Shown here: positions 11,793-24,112 of the stretch, piece after piece
Layout of the letters: each line of letters begins with the position of its first letter
How positions within the stretch are numbered: the stretch's first letter is position 1
Origin: Auanema rhodensis
Lineage: Eukaryota > Animalia > Nematoda
DNA length: 64,000 nt
Assembly: GCA_964057225.1 (NCBI GenBank)
Contig: OZ059896.1
Span: forward strand, 23,374,001 to 23,438,000
Direction of reading: 5' to 3'
Made by a program: the position numbers and the translations under genes
Notes under the pieces: model-generated
Seen by the model: only the letters and a program-made list of their open reading frames with translations
What the model was told of the DNA's origin: nothing
The model's database searches: none

Positions 11793-14784
11793 TCCCCATG
11801 TCCATATTAGTATAAAAATAAATTTTTATTGATATTGGTTCATGGTAACCATGACTTTGAAATTTACGTGAACTTTAATTTATGCTAATTAAATGTACAC
11901 GTGATGTGCACTTGGTATGTAACTCGCTTCACGTGAAAGATAAAGAGATGCGGTTTTCAAAATTAGATTCCCCATGTCCATATTAGTCTAAAAACAAATT
12001 TTTATTAATATTGGTTCATGGTAACCATGTCTTTGAAATTTACGTGAACTTTAATTTATGCTAATTAAATGTACACGTGATGTGCACTTGGTATGTAACT
12101 CGCTTCACGTAAAAGATAAAGAGATGCGGTTTTCAAAATTAGATTCCCCATGTCCATATTAGTCTAAAAACAAATTTTTATTGATATTGGTTCATGGTAA
12201 CCATGATTTTGAAATTTACGTGAACTTTAATTTATGCTAATTAAATGTACACGTGATGTGCACTTGGTATGTAACTCGCTTCACGTGAAAGATAAAGAAA
12301 TGCGGTTTTCAAAATTAGATTCCCCATGTCCATTTTAGTCTAAAAACAAATTTTTATTGATATTGGTTCATGGTAACCATGACTTTGATATTTACGTGAA
12401 CTTTAATTTATGCTAATTAAATGTACACGTGATGTGCACTTGGTATGTAACTCGCTTCACGTGAAAGATAAAGAGATGCGGTTTTCAAAATTAGATTCCC
12501 CATGTCCATATTAGTCTAAAAACAAATTTTTGTTGATATTGGTGCATGGTAACCATGACTTTGAAATTTACGTGAACTTTAATTTATGCTAATTAAATGT
12601 ACACGTGATGTGCACTTGGTATGTAACTCGCTTCACGTAAAAGATAAAGAGATGCGGTTTTCAAAATTAGATTCCCCATGTCCATATTAGTCTAAAAACA
12701 AATTTTTATTGATATTGGTGCATGGTAACCATGACTTTGAAATTTACGTGAACTTTAATTTATGCTAATTAAATGTACACTTGATGTACACTTGGTATGT
12801 AACTCGCTTCACGTGAAAGATAAAGAGATGCGGTTTTCAAAATTAGATTCCCCATGTCCATATTAGTTTAAAAACAAATTTTTATTGATATTGGTGCATG
12901 GTAACCATGACTTTGAAATTTACGTGAACTTTAATTTATGCTAATTAAATGTACACGTGATGTGCACTTGGTATGTAACTCGCTTCACGTGAAAGATAAA
13001 GAGATGCGGTTTTCAAAATTAGATTTCCCATGTCCATATTAGTATAAAAATAAATTTTTATTGATATTGGTTCATGGTAACCATGACTTTGAAATTTACG
13101 TGAACTTTAATTTATGTTAATTAAATGTACACGTGATGTGCACTTGGTATGTAACTCGCTTCACGTGAAAGATAAAGAGATGCGGTTTTCAAAATTAGAT
13201 TCCCCATGTCCATATTAGTCTAAAAACAAATTTTTATTGATATTGGTTCATGGTAACCATGATTTTGAAATTTACGTGAACTTTAATTTATGCTAATTAA
13301 ATGTACACGTGATGTGCACTTGGTATGTAACTCGCTTCACGTGAAAGATAAAGAAATGCGGTTTTCAAAATTAGATTCCCCATGTCCATTTTAGTCTAAA
13401 AACAAATTTTTATTGATATTGGTTCATGGTAACCATGTCTTTGAAATTTTCGTGAACTTTAATTTATGCTAATTAAATGTACACATGATGTGCACTTGGT
13501 ATGTAACTCGCTTCATGTGAAAGATAAAGAGATGCGGTTTTCAAAATTAGATTCCCCATGTCCATATTAGTCTAAAAACAAATTTTTATTAATATTGGTT
13601 CATGGTAACCATGTCTTTGAAATTTACGTGAACTTTAATTTATGCTAATTAAATGTACACGTGATGTGCACTTGGTATGTAACTCGCTTCACGTGAAAGA
13701 TAAAGAGATGCGGTTTTCAAAATTAGATTCCCCATGTCCATATTAGTCTAAAAACAAATTTTTATTGATATTGGTTCATGGTAACCATGACCTTGAAATT
13801 TACGTGAACTTTAATTTATGCTAATTAAATGTAAACGTAATGTGAACTTGGTATGTAACTCGCTTCACGTGTAAGATAAAGAGATGCGGTTTTCAAAATT
13901 AGATTCCCCATGTCCATATTAGTCTAAAAACAAATTTTTATTGATATTGGTTCATGGTAACCATGTCTTTGAAATTTTCGTGAACTTTAATTTATGCTAA
14001 TTAAATGTACACATGATGTGCACTTGGTATGTAACTCGCTTCATGTGAAAGATAAAGAGATGCGGTTTTCAAAATTAGATTCCCCATGTCCATATTAGTC
14101 TAAAAACAAATTTTTATTAATATTGGTTCATGGTAACCATGTCTTTGAAATTTACGTGAACTTTAATTTATGCTAATTAAATGTACACGTGATGTGCACT
14201 TGGTATGTAACTCGCTTCACGTGAAAGATAAAGAGATGCGGTTTTCAAAATTAGATTCCCCATGTCCATATTAGTCTAAAAACAAATTTTTATTAATATT
14301 GGTTCATGGTAACCATGTCTTTGAAATTTACGTGAACTTTAATTTATGCTAATTAAATGTACACGTGATGTGCACTTGGTATGTAACTCGCTTCACGTGA
14401 AAGATAAAGAGATGCGGTTTTCAAAATTAGATTCCCCATGTCCATATTAGTCTAAAAACAAATTTTTATTGATATTGGTTCATGGTAAACATGACTTTGA
14501 AATTTACGTGAACTTTAATTTATGCTAATTAAATGTACACGTGATGTGCACTTGGTATGTAACTCGCTTCACGTGTAAGATAAAGAGATGCGGTTTTCAA
14601 AATTAGATTCCCCATGTCCATATTAGTCTAAAAACAAATTGTTATTGATATTGGTTCATGGTAACCATGTCTTTGAAATTTTCGTGAACTTTAATTTATG
14701 CTAATTAAATGTACACGTGATGTGCACTTGGTATGTAACTCGCTTCATGTGAAAGATAAAGAGATGCGGTTTTCAAAATTAGAT
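11793..14784 (+). repeat. 17-monomer variant-rich block (m68-84) duplicated at 44177-47168 (m252-268), offset 32,384 bp
   Basis: Shared ordered variants C20A+C27T, A69T, A36G+T48G, G109T+G116A, C20T, T64C+C106A+G111A+C117A, C57A and T33G. The only differences I saw were C93T (m75) and A168C (m268). Confidence 0.93.
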
Positions 14785-16192
14785 TCCCCATGTCCATATT
14801 AGTCTAAAAACAAATTTTTATTAATATTGGTTCATGGTAACCATGTCTTTGAAATTTACGTGAACTTTAATTTATGCTAATTAAATGTACACGTGATGTG
14901 CTCTTGGTATGTAACTCGCTTCACGTGAAAGATAAAGAGATGCGGTTTTCAAAATTAGATTCCCCATGTCCATATTAGTCTAAAAACAAATTTTTATTAA
15001 TATTGGTTCATGGTAACCATGTCTTTGAAATTTACGTGAACTTTAATTTATGCTAATTAAATGTACACGTGATGTGCACTTGGTATGTAACTCGCTTCAC
15101 GTGAAAGAAAAAGAGATGCGGTTTTCAAAATTAGATTCCCCATGTCCATATTAGTCTAAAAACAAATTTTTATTGATATTGGTTCATGGTAACCATGACT
15201 TTGAAATTTACGTGAACTTTAATTTATGCTAATTAAATGTACACGTGATGTGCACTTGGTATGTAACTCGCTTCACGTGAAAAATAAAGAGATGCGGTTT
15301 TCAAAATTAGATTCCCCATGTCCATATTAGTCTAAAAACAAATTTTTATTGATATTGGTTCATGGTAACCATGATTTTGAAATTTACGTGAACTTTAATT
15401 TATGCTAATTAAATGTACACGTGATGTGCACTTGGTATGTAACTCGCTTCACGTGAAAGATAAAGAGATGCGGTTTTCAAAATTAGATTCCCCATGTCCA
15501 TATTAGTCTAAAAACAAATTTTTATTAATATTGGTTCATGGTAACCATGACTTTGAAATTTACGTGAACTTTAATTTATGCTAATTAAATGTACACGTGA
15601 TGTGCACTTGGTATGTAACTCGCTTCACGTGAAAGATAAAGAGATGCGGTTTTCAAAATTAGATTCCCCATGTCCATATTAGTCTAAAAACAAATTTTTA
15701 TTAATATTGGTTCATGGTAACCATGTCTTTGAAATTTACGTGAACTTTAATTTATGCTAATTAAATGTACACGTGATGTGCACTTGGTATGTAACTCGCT
15801 TCACGTGAAAGATAAAGAGATGCGGTTTTCAAAATTAGATTCCCCATGTCCATATTAGTCTAAAAACAAATTTTTATTAATATTGGTTCATGGTAACCAT
15901 GTCTTTGAAATTTACGTGAACTTTAATTTATGCTAATTAAATGTACACGTGATGTGCACTTGGTATGTAACTCGCTTCACGTGAAAGATAAAGAGATGCG
16001 GTTTTCAAAATTAAATTCCCCATGTCCATATTAGTCTAAAAACAAATTTTTATTGATATTGGTTCATGGTAACCATGACTTTGAAATTTACGTGAACTTT
16101 AATTTATGCTAATTAAATGTACACGTGATGTGCACTTGGTATGTAACTCGCTTCACGTGTAAGATAAAGAGATGCGGTTTTCAAAATTAGAT

Positions 16193-19100
16193 TCCCCATG
16201 TCCATATTAGTCTAAAAACAAATTTTTATTGATATTGGTTCATGGTAACCATGTCTTTGAAATTTTCGTGAACTTTAATTTATGCTAATTAAATGTACAC
16301 GTGATGTGCACTTGGTATGTAACTCGCTTCACGTGAAAGATAAAGAGATGCGGTTTTCAAAATTAGATTCCCCATGTCCATATTAGTCTAAAAACAAATT
16401 TTTATTGATATTGGTTCATGGTAACCATGACTTTGAAATTTACGTGAACTTTAATTTATGCTAATTAAATGTACACGTGATGTGCACTTGGTATGTAACT
16501 CGCTTCACGTGAAAGATAAAGAGATGCGGTTTTCAAAATTAGATTCCCCATGTCCATATTAGTCTAAAAACAAATTTTTATTGATATTGGTTCATGGTAA
16601 CCATGACTTTGAAATTTACGTGAACTTTAATTTATGCTAATTAAATGTACACGTGATGTGCACTTGGTATGTAACTCGCTTTACGTGAAAGATAAAGAGA
16701 TGCGGTTTTCAAAATTAGATTCCCCATGTCCATATTAGTCTAAAAACAAATTTTTATTAATATTGGTTCATGGTAACCATGTCTTTGAAATTTACGTGAA
16801 CTTTAATTTATGCTAATTAAATGTACACGTGATGTGCACTTGGTATGTAACTCGCTTCACGTGAAAGATAAAGAGATGCGGTTTTCAAAATTAGATTCTT
16901 CATGTCCATATTAGTCTAAAAACAAATTTTTATTAATATTGGTTCATGGTAACCATGTCTTTGAAATTTACGTGAACTTTAATTTATGCTAATTAAATGT
17001 ACACGTGATGTGCACTTGGTATGTAACTCGCTTCACGTGAAAGATAAAGAGATGCGGTTTTCAAAATTAGATTCCCCATGTCCATATTAGTCTAAAAACA
17101 AATTTTTATTAATATTGGTTCATGGTAACCATGTCTTTGAAATTTACGTGAACTTTAATTTATGCTAATTAAATGTACACGTGATGTGCACTTGGTATGT
17201 AACTCGCTTCACGTGAAAGATAAAGAGATGCGGTTTTCAAAATTAGATTCCCCATGTCCATATTAGTCTAAAAACAAATTTTTATTGATATTGGTTCATG
17301 GTAACCATGACTTTGAAATTTACGTGAACTTTAATTTATGCTAATTAAATGTACACGTGATGTGCACTTGGTATGTAACTCGCTTCACGTGAAAGATAAA
17401 GAGATGCGGTTTTCAAAATTAGATTCCCCATTTCCATATTAGTCTAAAAACAAATTTTTATTAATATTGGTTCATGGTAACCATGTCTTTGAAATTTACG
17501 TGAACTTTAATTTATGCTAATTAAATGTACACGTGATGTGCACTTGGTATGTAACTCGCTTCACGTGAAAGATAAAGAGATGCGGTTTTCAAAATTAGAT
17601 TCCCCATGTCCATATTAGTCTAAAAACAAATTTTTATTGATATTGGTTCATGGTAACCATGATTTTGAAATTTACGTGAACTTTAATTTATGCTAATTAA
17701 ATGTACACGTGATGTGCACTTGGTATGTAACTCGCTTCACGTGAAAGATAAAGAAATGCGGTTTTCAAAATTAGATTCCCCATGTCCATTTTAGTCTAAA
17801 AACAAATTTTTATTGATATTGGTTCATGGTAACCATGACTTTGAAATTTACGTGAACTTTAATTTATGCTAATTAAATGTACACGTGATGTGCACTTGGT
17901 ATGTAACTCGCTTCACGTGAAAGATAAAGAGATGCGGTTTTCAACATTAGATTCCCCATGTCCATATTAGTCTAAAAACAAATTTTTAATAATATTGGTT
18001 CATGGTAACCATGTCTTTGAAATTTACGTGAACTTTAATTTATGCTAATTAAATGTACACGTGATGTGCTCTTGGTATGTAACTCGCTTCACGTGAAAGA
18101 TAAAGAGATGCGGTTTTCAAAATTAGATTCCCCATGTCCATATTAGTCTAAAAACAAATTTTTATTGATATTGGTTCATGGTAACCATGACTTTGAAATT
18201 TACGTGAACTTTAATTTATGCTAATTAAATGTACACGTGATGTGCACTTGGTATGTAACTCGCTTCACGTGAAAGATAAAGAGATGCGGTTTTCAAAATT
18301 AGATTCCCCATGTCCATATTAGTCTAAAAACAAATTTTTATTAATATTGGTTCATGGTAACCATGTCTTTGAAATTTACGTGAACTTTAATTTATGCTAA
18401 TTAAATGTACACGTGATGTGCACTTGGTATGTAACTCGCTTCACGTGAAAGATAAAGAGATGCGGTTTTCAAAATTAGATTCCCCATGTCCATATTAGTC
18501 TAAAAACAAATTTTTATTAATATTGGTTCATGGTAACCATGTCTTTGAAATTTACGTGAACTTTAATTTATGCTAATTAAATGTACACGTGATGTGCACT
18601 TGGTATGTAACTCGCTTCACGTGAAAGATAAAGAGATGCGGTTTTCAAAATTAGATTCCCCATGTCCATATTAGTCTAAAAACAAATTTTTATTAATATT
18701 GGTTCATGGTAACCATGTCTTTGAAATTTACGTGGACTTTAATTTATGCTAATTAAATGTACACGTGATGTGCACTTGGTATGTAACTCGCTTCACGTGA
18801 AAGATAAAGAGATGCGGTTTTCAAAATTAAATTCCCCATGTCCATATTAGTCTAAAAACAAATTTTTATTGATATTGGTTCATGGTAACCATGACTTTGA
18901 AATTTACGTGAACTTTAATTTATGCTAATTAAATGTACACGTGATGTGCACTTGGTATGTAACTCGCTTCACGTGAAAGATAAAGAGATGCGGTTTTCAA
19001 AATTAGATTCCCCATCTCCATATTAGTCTAAAAACAAATTTTTATTAATATTGGTTCATGGTAACCATGTCTTTGAAATTTACGTGAACTTTAATTTATG

Positions 19101-22100
19101 CTAATTAAATGTACACGTGATGTGCACTTGGTATGTAACTCGCTTCACGTGAAAGATAAAGAGATGCGGTTTTCAAAATTAGATTCCCCATGTCCATATT
19201 AGTCTAAAAACAAATTTTTATTAATATTGGTTCATGGTAACCATGTCTTTGAAATTTACGTGGACTTTAATTTATGCTAATTAAATGTACACGTGATGTG
19301 CACTTGGTATGTAACTCGCTTCACGTGAAAGATAAAGAGATGCGGTTTTCAAAATTAAATTCCCCATGTCCATATTAGTCTAAAAACAAATTTTTATTGA
19401 TATTGGTTCATGGTAACCATGACTTTGAAATTTACGTGAACTTTAATTTATGCTAATTAAATGTACACGTGATGTGCACTTGGTATGTAACTCGCTTCAC
19501 GTGAAAGATAAAGAGATGCGGTTTTCAAAATTAGATTCCCCATCTCCATATTAGTCTAAAAACAAATTTTTATTGATATTGGTTCATGGTAACTATGACT
19601 TTGAAATTTACGTGAACTTTAATTTATGCTAATTAAATGTACACGTGATGTGCACTTGGTATGTAACTCGCTTCACGTGTAAGATAAAGAGATGCGGTTT
19701 TCAAAATTAGATTCCCCATGTCCATATTAGTCTAAAAACAAATTTTTATTGATATTGGTTCATGGTAACCATGTCTTTGAAATTTTCGTGAACTTTAATT
19801 TATGCTAATTAAATGTACACGTGATGTGCACTTGGTATGTAACTCGCTTCACGTGAAAGATAAAGAGATGCGGTTTTCAAAATTAGATTCCCCATGTCCA
19901 TATTAGTCTAAAAACAAATTTTTATTGATATTGGTTCATGGTAACCATGACTTTGAAATTTACGTGAACTTTAATTTATGCTAATTAAATGTACACGTGA
20001 TGTGCACTTGGTATGTAACTCGCTTCACGTGAAAGATAAAGAGATGCGGTTTTCAAAATTAGATTCCCCATGTCCATATTAGTCTAAAAACAAATTTTTA
20101 TTGATATTGGTTCATGGTAACCATGACTTTGAAATTTACGTGAACTTTAATTTATGCTAATTAAATGTACACGTGATGTGCACTTGGTATGTAACTCGCT
20201 TTACGTGAAAGATAAAGAGATGCGGTTTTCAAAATTAGATTCCCCATGTCCATATTAGTCTAAAAACAAATTTTTATTAATATTGGTTCATGGTAACCAT
20301 GTCTTTGAAATTTACGTGAACTTTAATTTATGCTAATTAAATGTACACGTGATGTGCACTTGGTATGTAACTCGCTTCACGTGAAAGATAAAGAGATGCG
20401 GTTTTCAAAATTAGATTCTTCATGTCCATATTAGTCTAAAAACAAATTTTTATTAATATTGGTTCATGGTAACCATGTCTTTGAAATTTACGTGAACTTT
20501 AATTTATGCTAATTAAATGTACACGTGATGTGCACTTGGTATGTAACTCGCTTCACGTGAAAGATAAAGAGATGCGGTTTTCAAAATTAGATTCCCCATG
20601 TCCATATTAGTCTAAAAACAAATTTTTATTAATATTGGTTCATGGTAACCATGTCTTTGAAATTTACGTGAACTTTAATTTATGCTAATTAAATGTACAC
20701 GTGATGTGCACTTGGTATGTAACTCGCTTCACGTGAAAGATAAAGAGATGCGGTTTTCAAAATTAGATTCCCCATGTCCATATTAGTCTAAAAACAAATT
20801 TTTATTGATATTGGTTCATGGTAACCATGACTTTGAAATTTACGTGAACTTTAATTTATGCTAATTAAATGTACACGTGATGTGCACTTGGTATGTAACT
20901 CGCTTCACGTGAAAGATAAAGAGATGCGGTTTTCAAAATTAGATTCCCCATTTCCATATTAGTCTAAAAACAAATTTTTATTAATATTGGTTCATGGTAA
21001 CCATGTCTTTGAAATTTACGTGAACTTTAATTTATGCTAATTAAATGTACACGTGATGTGCACTTGGTATGTAACTCGCTTCACGTGAAAGATAAAGAGA
21101 TGCGGTTTTCAAAATTAGATTTCCCATGTCCATATTAGTCTAAAAACAAATTTTTATTGATATTGGTTCATGGTAACCATGATTTTGAAATTTACGTGAA
21201 CTTTAATTTATGCTAATTAAATGTACACGTGATGTGCACTTGGTATGTAACTCGCTTCACGTGAAAGATAAAGAAATGCGGTTTTCAAAATTAGATTCCC
21301 CATGTCCATTTTAGTCTAAAAACAAATTTTTATTGATATTGGTTCATGGTAACCATGACTTTGAAATTTACGTGAACTTTAATTTATGCTAATTAAATGT
21401 ACACGTGATGTGCACTTGGTATGTAACTCGCTTCACGTGAAAGATAAAGAGATGCGGTTTTCAACATTAGATTCCCCATGTCCATATTAGTCTAAAAACA
21501 AATTTTTAATAATATTGGTTCATGGTAACCATGTCTTTGAAATTTACGTGAACTTTAATTTATGCTAATTAAATGTACACGTGATGTGCTCTTGGTATGT
21601 AACTCGCTTCACGTGAAAGATAAAGAGATGCGGTTTTCAAAATTAGATTCCCCATGTCCATATTAGTCTAAAAACAAATTTTTATTGATATTGGTTCATG
21701 GTAACCATGACTTTGAAATTTACGTGAACTTTAATTTATGCTAATTAAATGTACACGTGATGTGCACTTGGTATGTAACTCGCTTCACGTGAAAGATAAA
21801 GAGATGCGGTTTTCAAAATTAGATTCCCCATGTCCATATTAGTCTAAAAACAAATTTTTATTAATATTGGTTCATGGTAACCATGTCTTTGAAATTTACG
21901 TGAACTTTAATTTATGCTAATTAAATGTACACGTGATGTGCACTTGGTATGTAACTCGCTTCACGTGAAAGATAAAGAGATGCGGTTTTCAAAATTAGAT
22001 TCCCCATGTCCATATTAGTCTAAAAACAAATTTTTATTAATATTGGTTCATGGTAACCATGTCTTTGAAATTTACGTGAACTTTAATTTATGCTAATTAA

Positions 22101-22704
22101 ATGTACACGTGATGTGCACTTGGTATGTAACTCGCTTCACGTGAAAGATAAAGAGATGCGGTTTTCAAAATTAGATTCCCCATGTCCATATTAGTCTAAA
22201 AACAAATTTTTATTAATATTGGTTCATGGTAACCATGTCTTTGAAATTTACGTGGACTTTAATTTATGCTAATTAAATGTACACGTGATGTGCACTTGGT
22301 ATGTAACTCGCTTCACGTGAAAGATAAAGAGATGCGGTTTTCAAAATTAAATTCCCCATGTCCATATTAGTCTAAAAACAAATTTTTATTGATATTGGTT
22401 CATGGTAACCATGACTTTGAAATTTACGTGAACTTTAATTTATGCTAATTAAATGTACACGTGATGTGCACTTGGTATGTAACTCGCTTCACGTGAAAGA
22501 TAAAGAGATGCGGTTTTCAAAATTAGATTCCCCATCTCCATATTAGTCTAAAAACAAATTTTTATTAATATTGGTTCATGGTAACCATGTCTTTGAAATT
22601 TACGTGAACTTTAATTTATGCTAATTAAATGTACACGTGATGTGCACTTGGTATGTAACTCGCTTCACGTGAAAGATAAAGAGATGCGGTTTTCAAAATT
22701 AGAT
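16193..22704 (+). repeat. Tandem duplication with a 20-monomer (3520-bp) period: m93-109 = m113-129
   Basis: Locally private variants A169C (m102/m122), T37A (m103/m123) and A79G (m107/m127) recur exactly 3520 bp apart. Confidence 0.93.
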
Positions 22705-23056
22705 TCCCCATGTCCATATTAGTCTAAAAACAAATTTTTATTAATATTGGTTCATGGTAACCATGTCTTTGAAATTTACGTGAACTTTAATTTATGCTAA
22801 TTAAATGTACACGTGATGTGCACTTGGTATGTAACTCGCTTCACGTAAAAGATAAAGAGATGCGGTCTTCAAAATTAGATTCCCCATGTCCATATTAGTC
22901 TAAAAACAAATTTTTATTGATATTAGTTCATGGTAACCATGACTTTGAAATTTACGTGAACTTTAATTTATGCTAATTAAATGTACACGTGATGTGCACT
23001 TGGTATGTAACTCGCTTCACGTGAAAGATAAAGAGATGCGGTTTTCAAAATTAGAT

Positions 23057-24112
23057 TCCCCATGTCCATATTACTCTAAAAACAAATTTTTATTAATATT
23101 GGTTCATGGTAACCATGTCTTTGAAATTTACGTGAACTTTAATTTATGCTAATTAAATGTACACGTGATGTGCACTTGGTATGTAACTCGCTTCACGTGA
23201 AAGATAAAGAGATGCGGTTTTCAAAATTAGATTCCCCATGTCCATATTAGTCTAAAAACAAATTTTTATTGATATTGGTTCATGGTAACCATGACTTTGA
23301 AATTTACGTGAACTTTAATTTATGCTAATTAAATGTACACGTGATGTGCACTTGGTATGTAACTCGCTTCACGTGAAAGATAAAGAGATGCGGTTTTCAA
23401 AATTAGATTCCCCATGTCCATATTACTCTAAAAACAAATTTTTATTAATATTGGTTCATGGTAACCATGTCTTTGAAATTTACGTGAACTTTAATTTATG
23501 CTAATTAAATGTACACGTGATGTGCACTTGGTATGTAACTCGCTTCACGTGAAAGATAAAGAGATGCGGTTTTCAAAATTAGATTCCCCATGTCCATATT
23601 AGTCTAAAAACAAATTTTTATTGATATTGGTTCATGGTAACCATGACTTTGAAATTTACGTGAACTTTAATTTATGCTAATTAAATGTACACGTGATGTG
23701 CACTTGGTATGTAACTCGCTTCACGTGAAAGATAAAGAGATGCGGTTTTCAAAATTAGATTCCCCATGTCCATATTACTCTAAAAACAAATTTTTATTAA
23801 TATTGGTTCATGGTAACCATGTCTTTGAAATTTACGTGAACTTTAATTTATGCTAATTAAATGTACACGTGATGTGCACTTGGTATGTAACTCGCTTCAC
23901 GTGAAAGATAAAGAGATGCGGTTTTCAAAATTAGATTCCCCATGTCCATATTAGTCTAAAAACAAATTTTTATTGATATTGGTTCATGGTAACCATGACT
24001 TTGAAATTTACGTGAACTTTAATTTATGCTAATTAAATGTACACGTGATGTGCACTTGGTATGTAACTCGCTTCACGTGAAAGATAAAGAGATGCGGTCT
24101 TCAAAATTAGAT
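23057..24112 (+). repeat. Dimer (352 bp) repeated three times: [G18C A39/T62 monomer][G39/A62 monomer]
   Basis: TTACTCT replaces TTAGTCT in m132, m134 and m136 only; this matches the three ORFs spaced 352 bp apart. Confidence 0.92.

Noticed and set aside
22970-23856. Three identical 60-aa ORFs (MLIKCTRDVH...) as protein-coding genes
   Set aside because: Each is one satellite unit with a TAG>TAC change. The 176-bp period is not a multiple of 3, no domain is recognisable, and there is no gene context.
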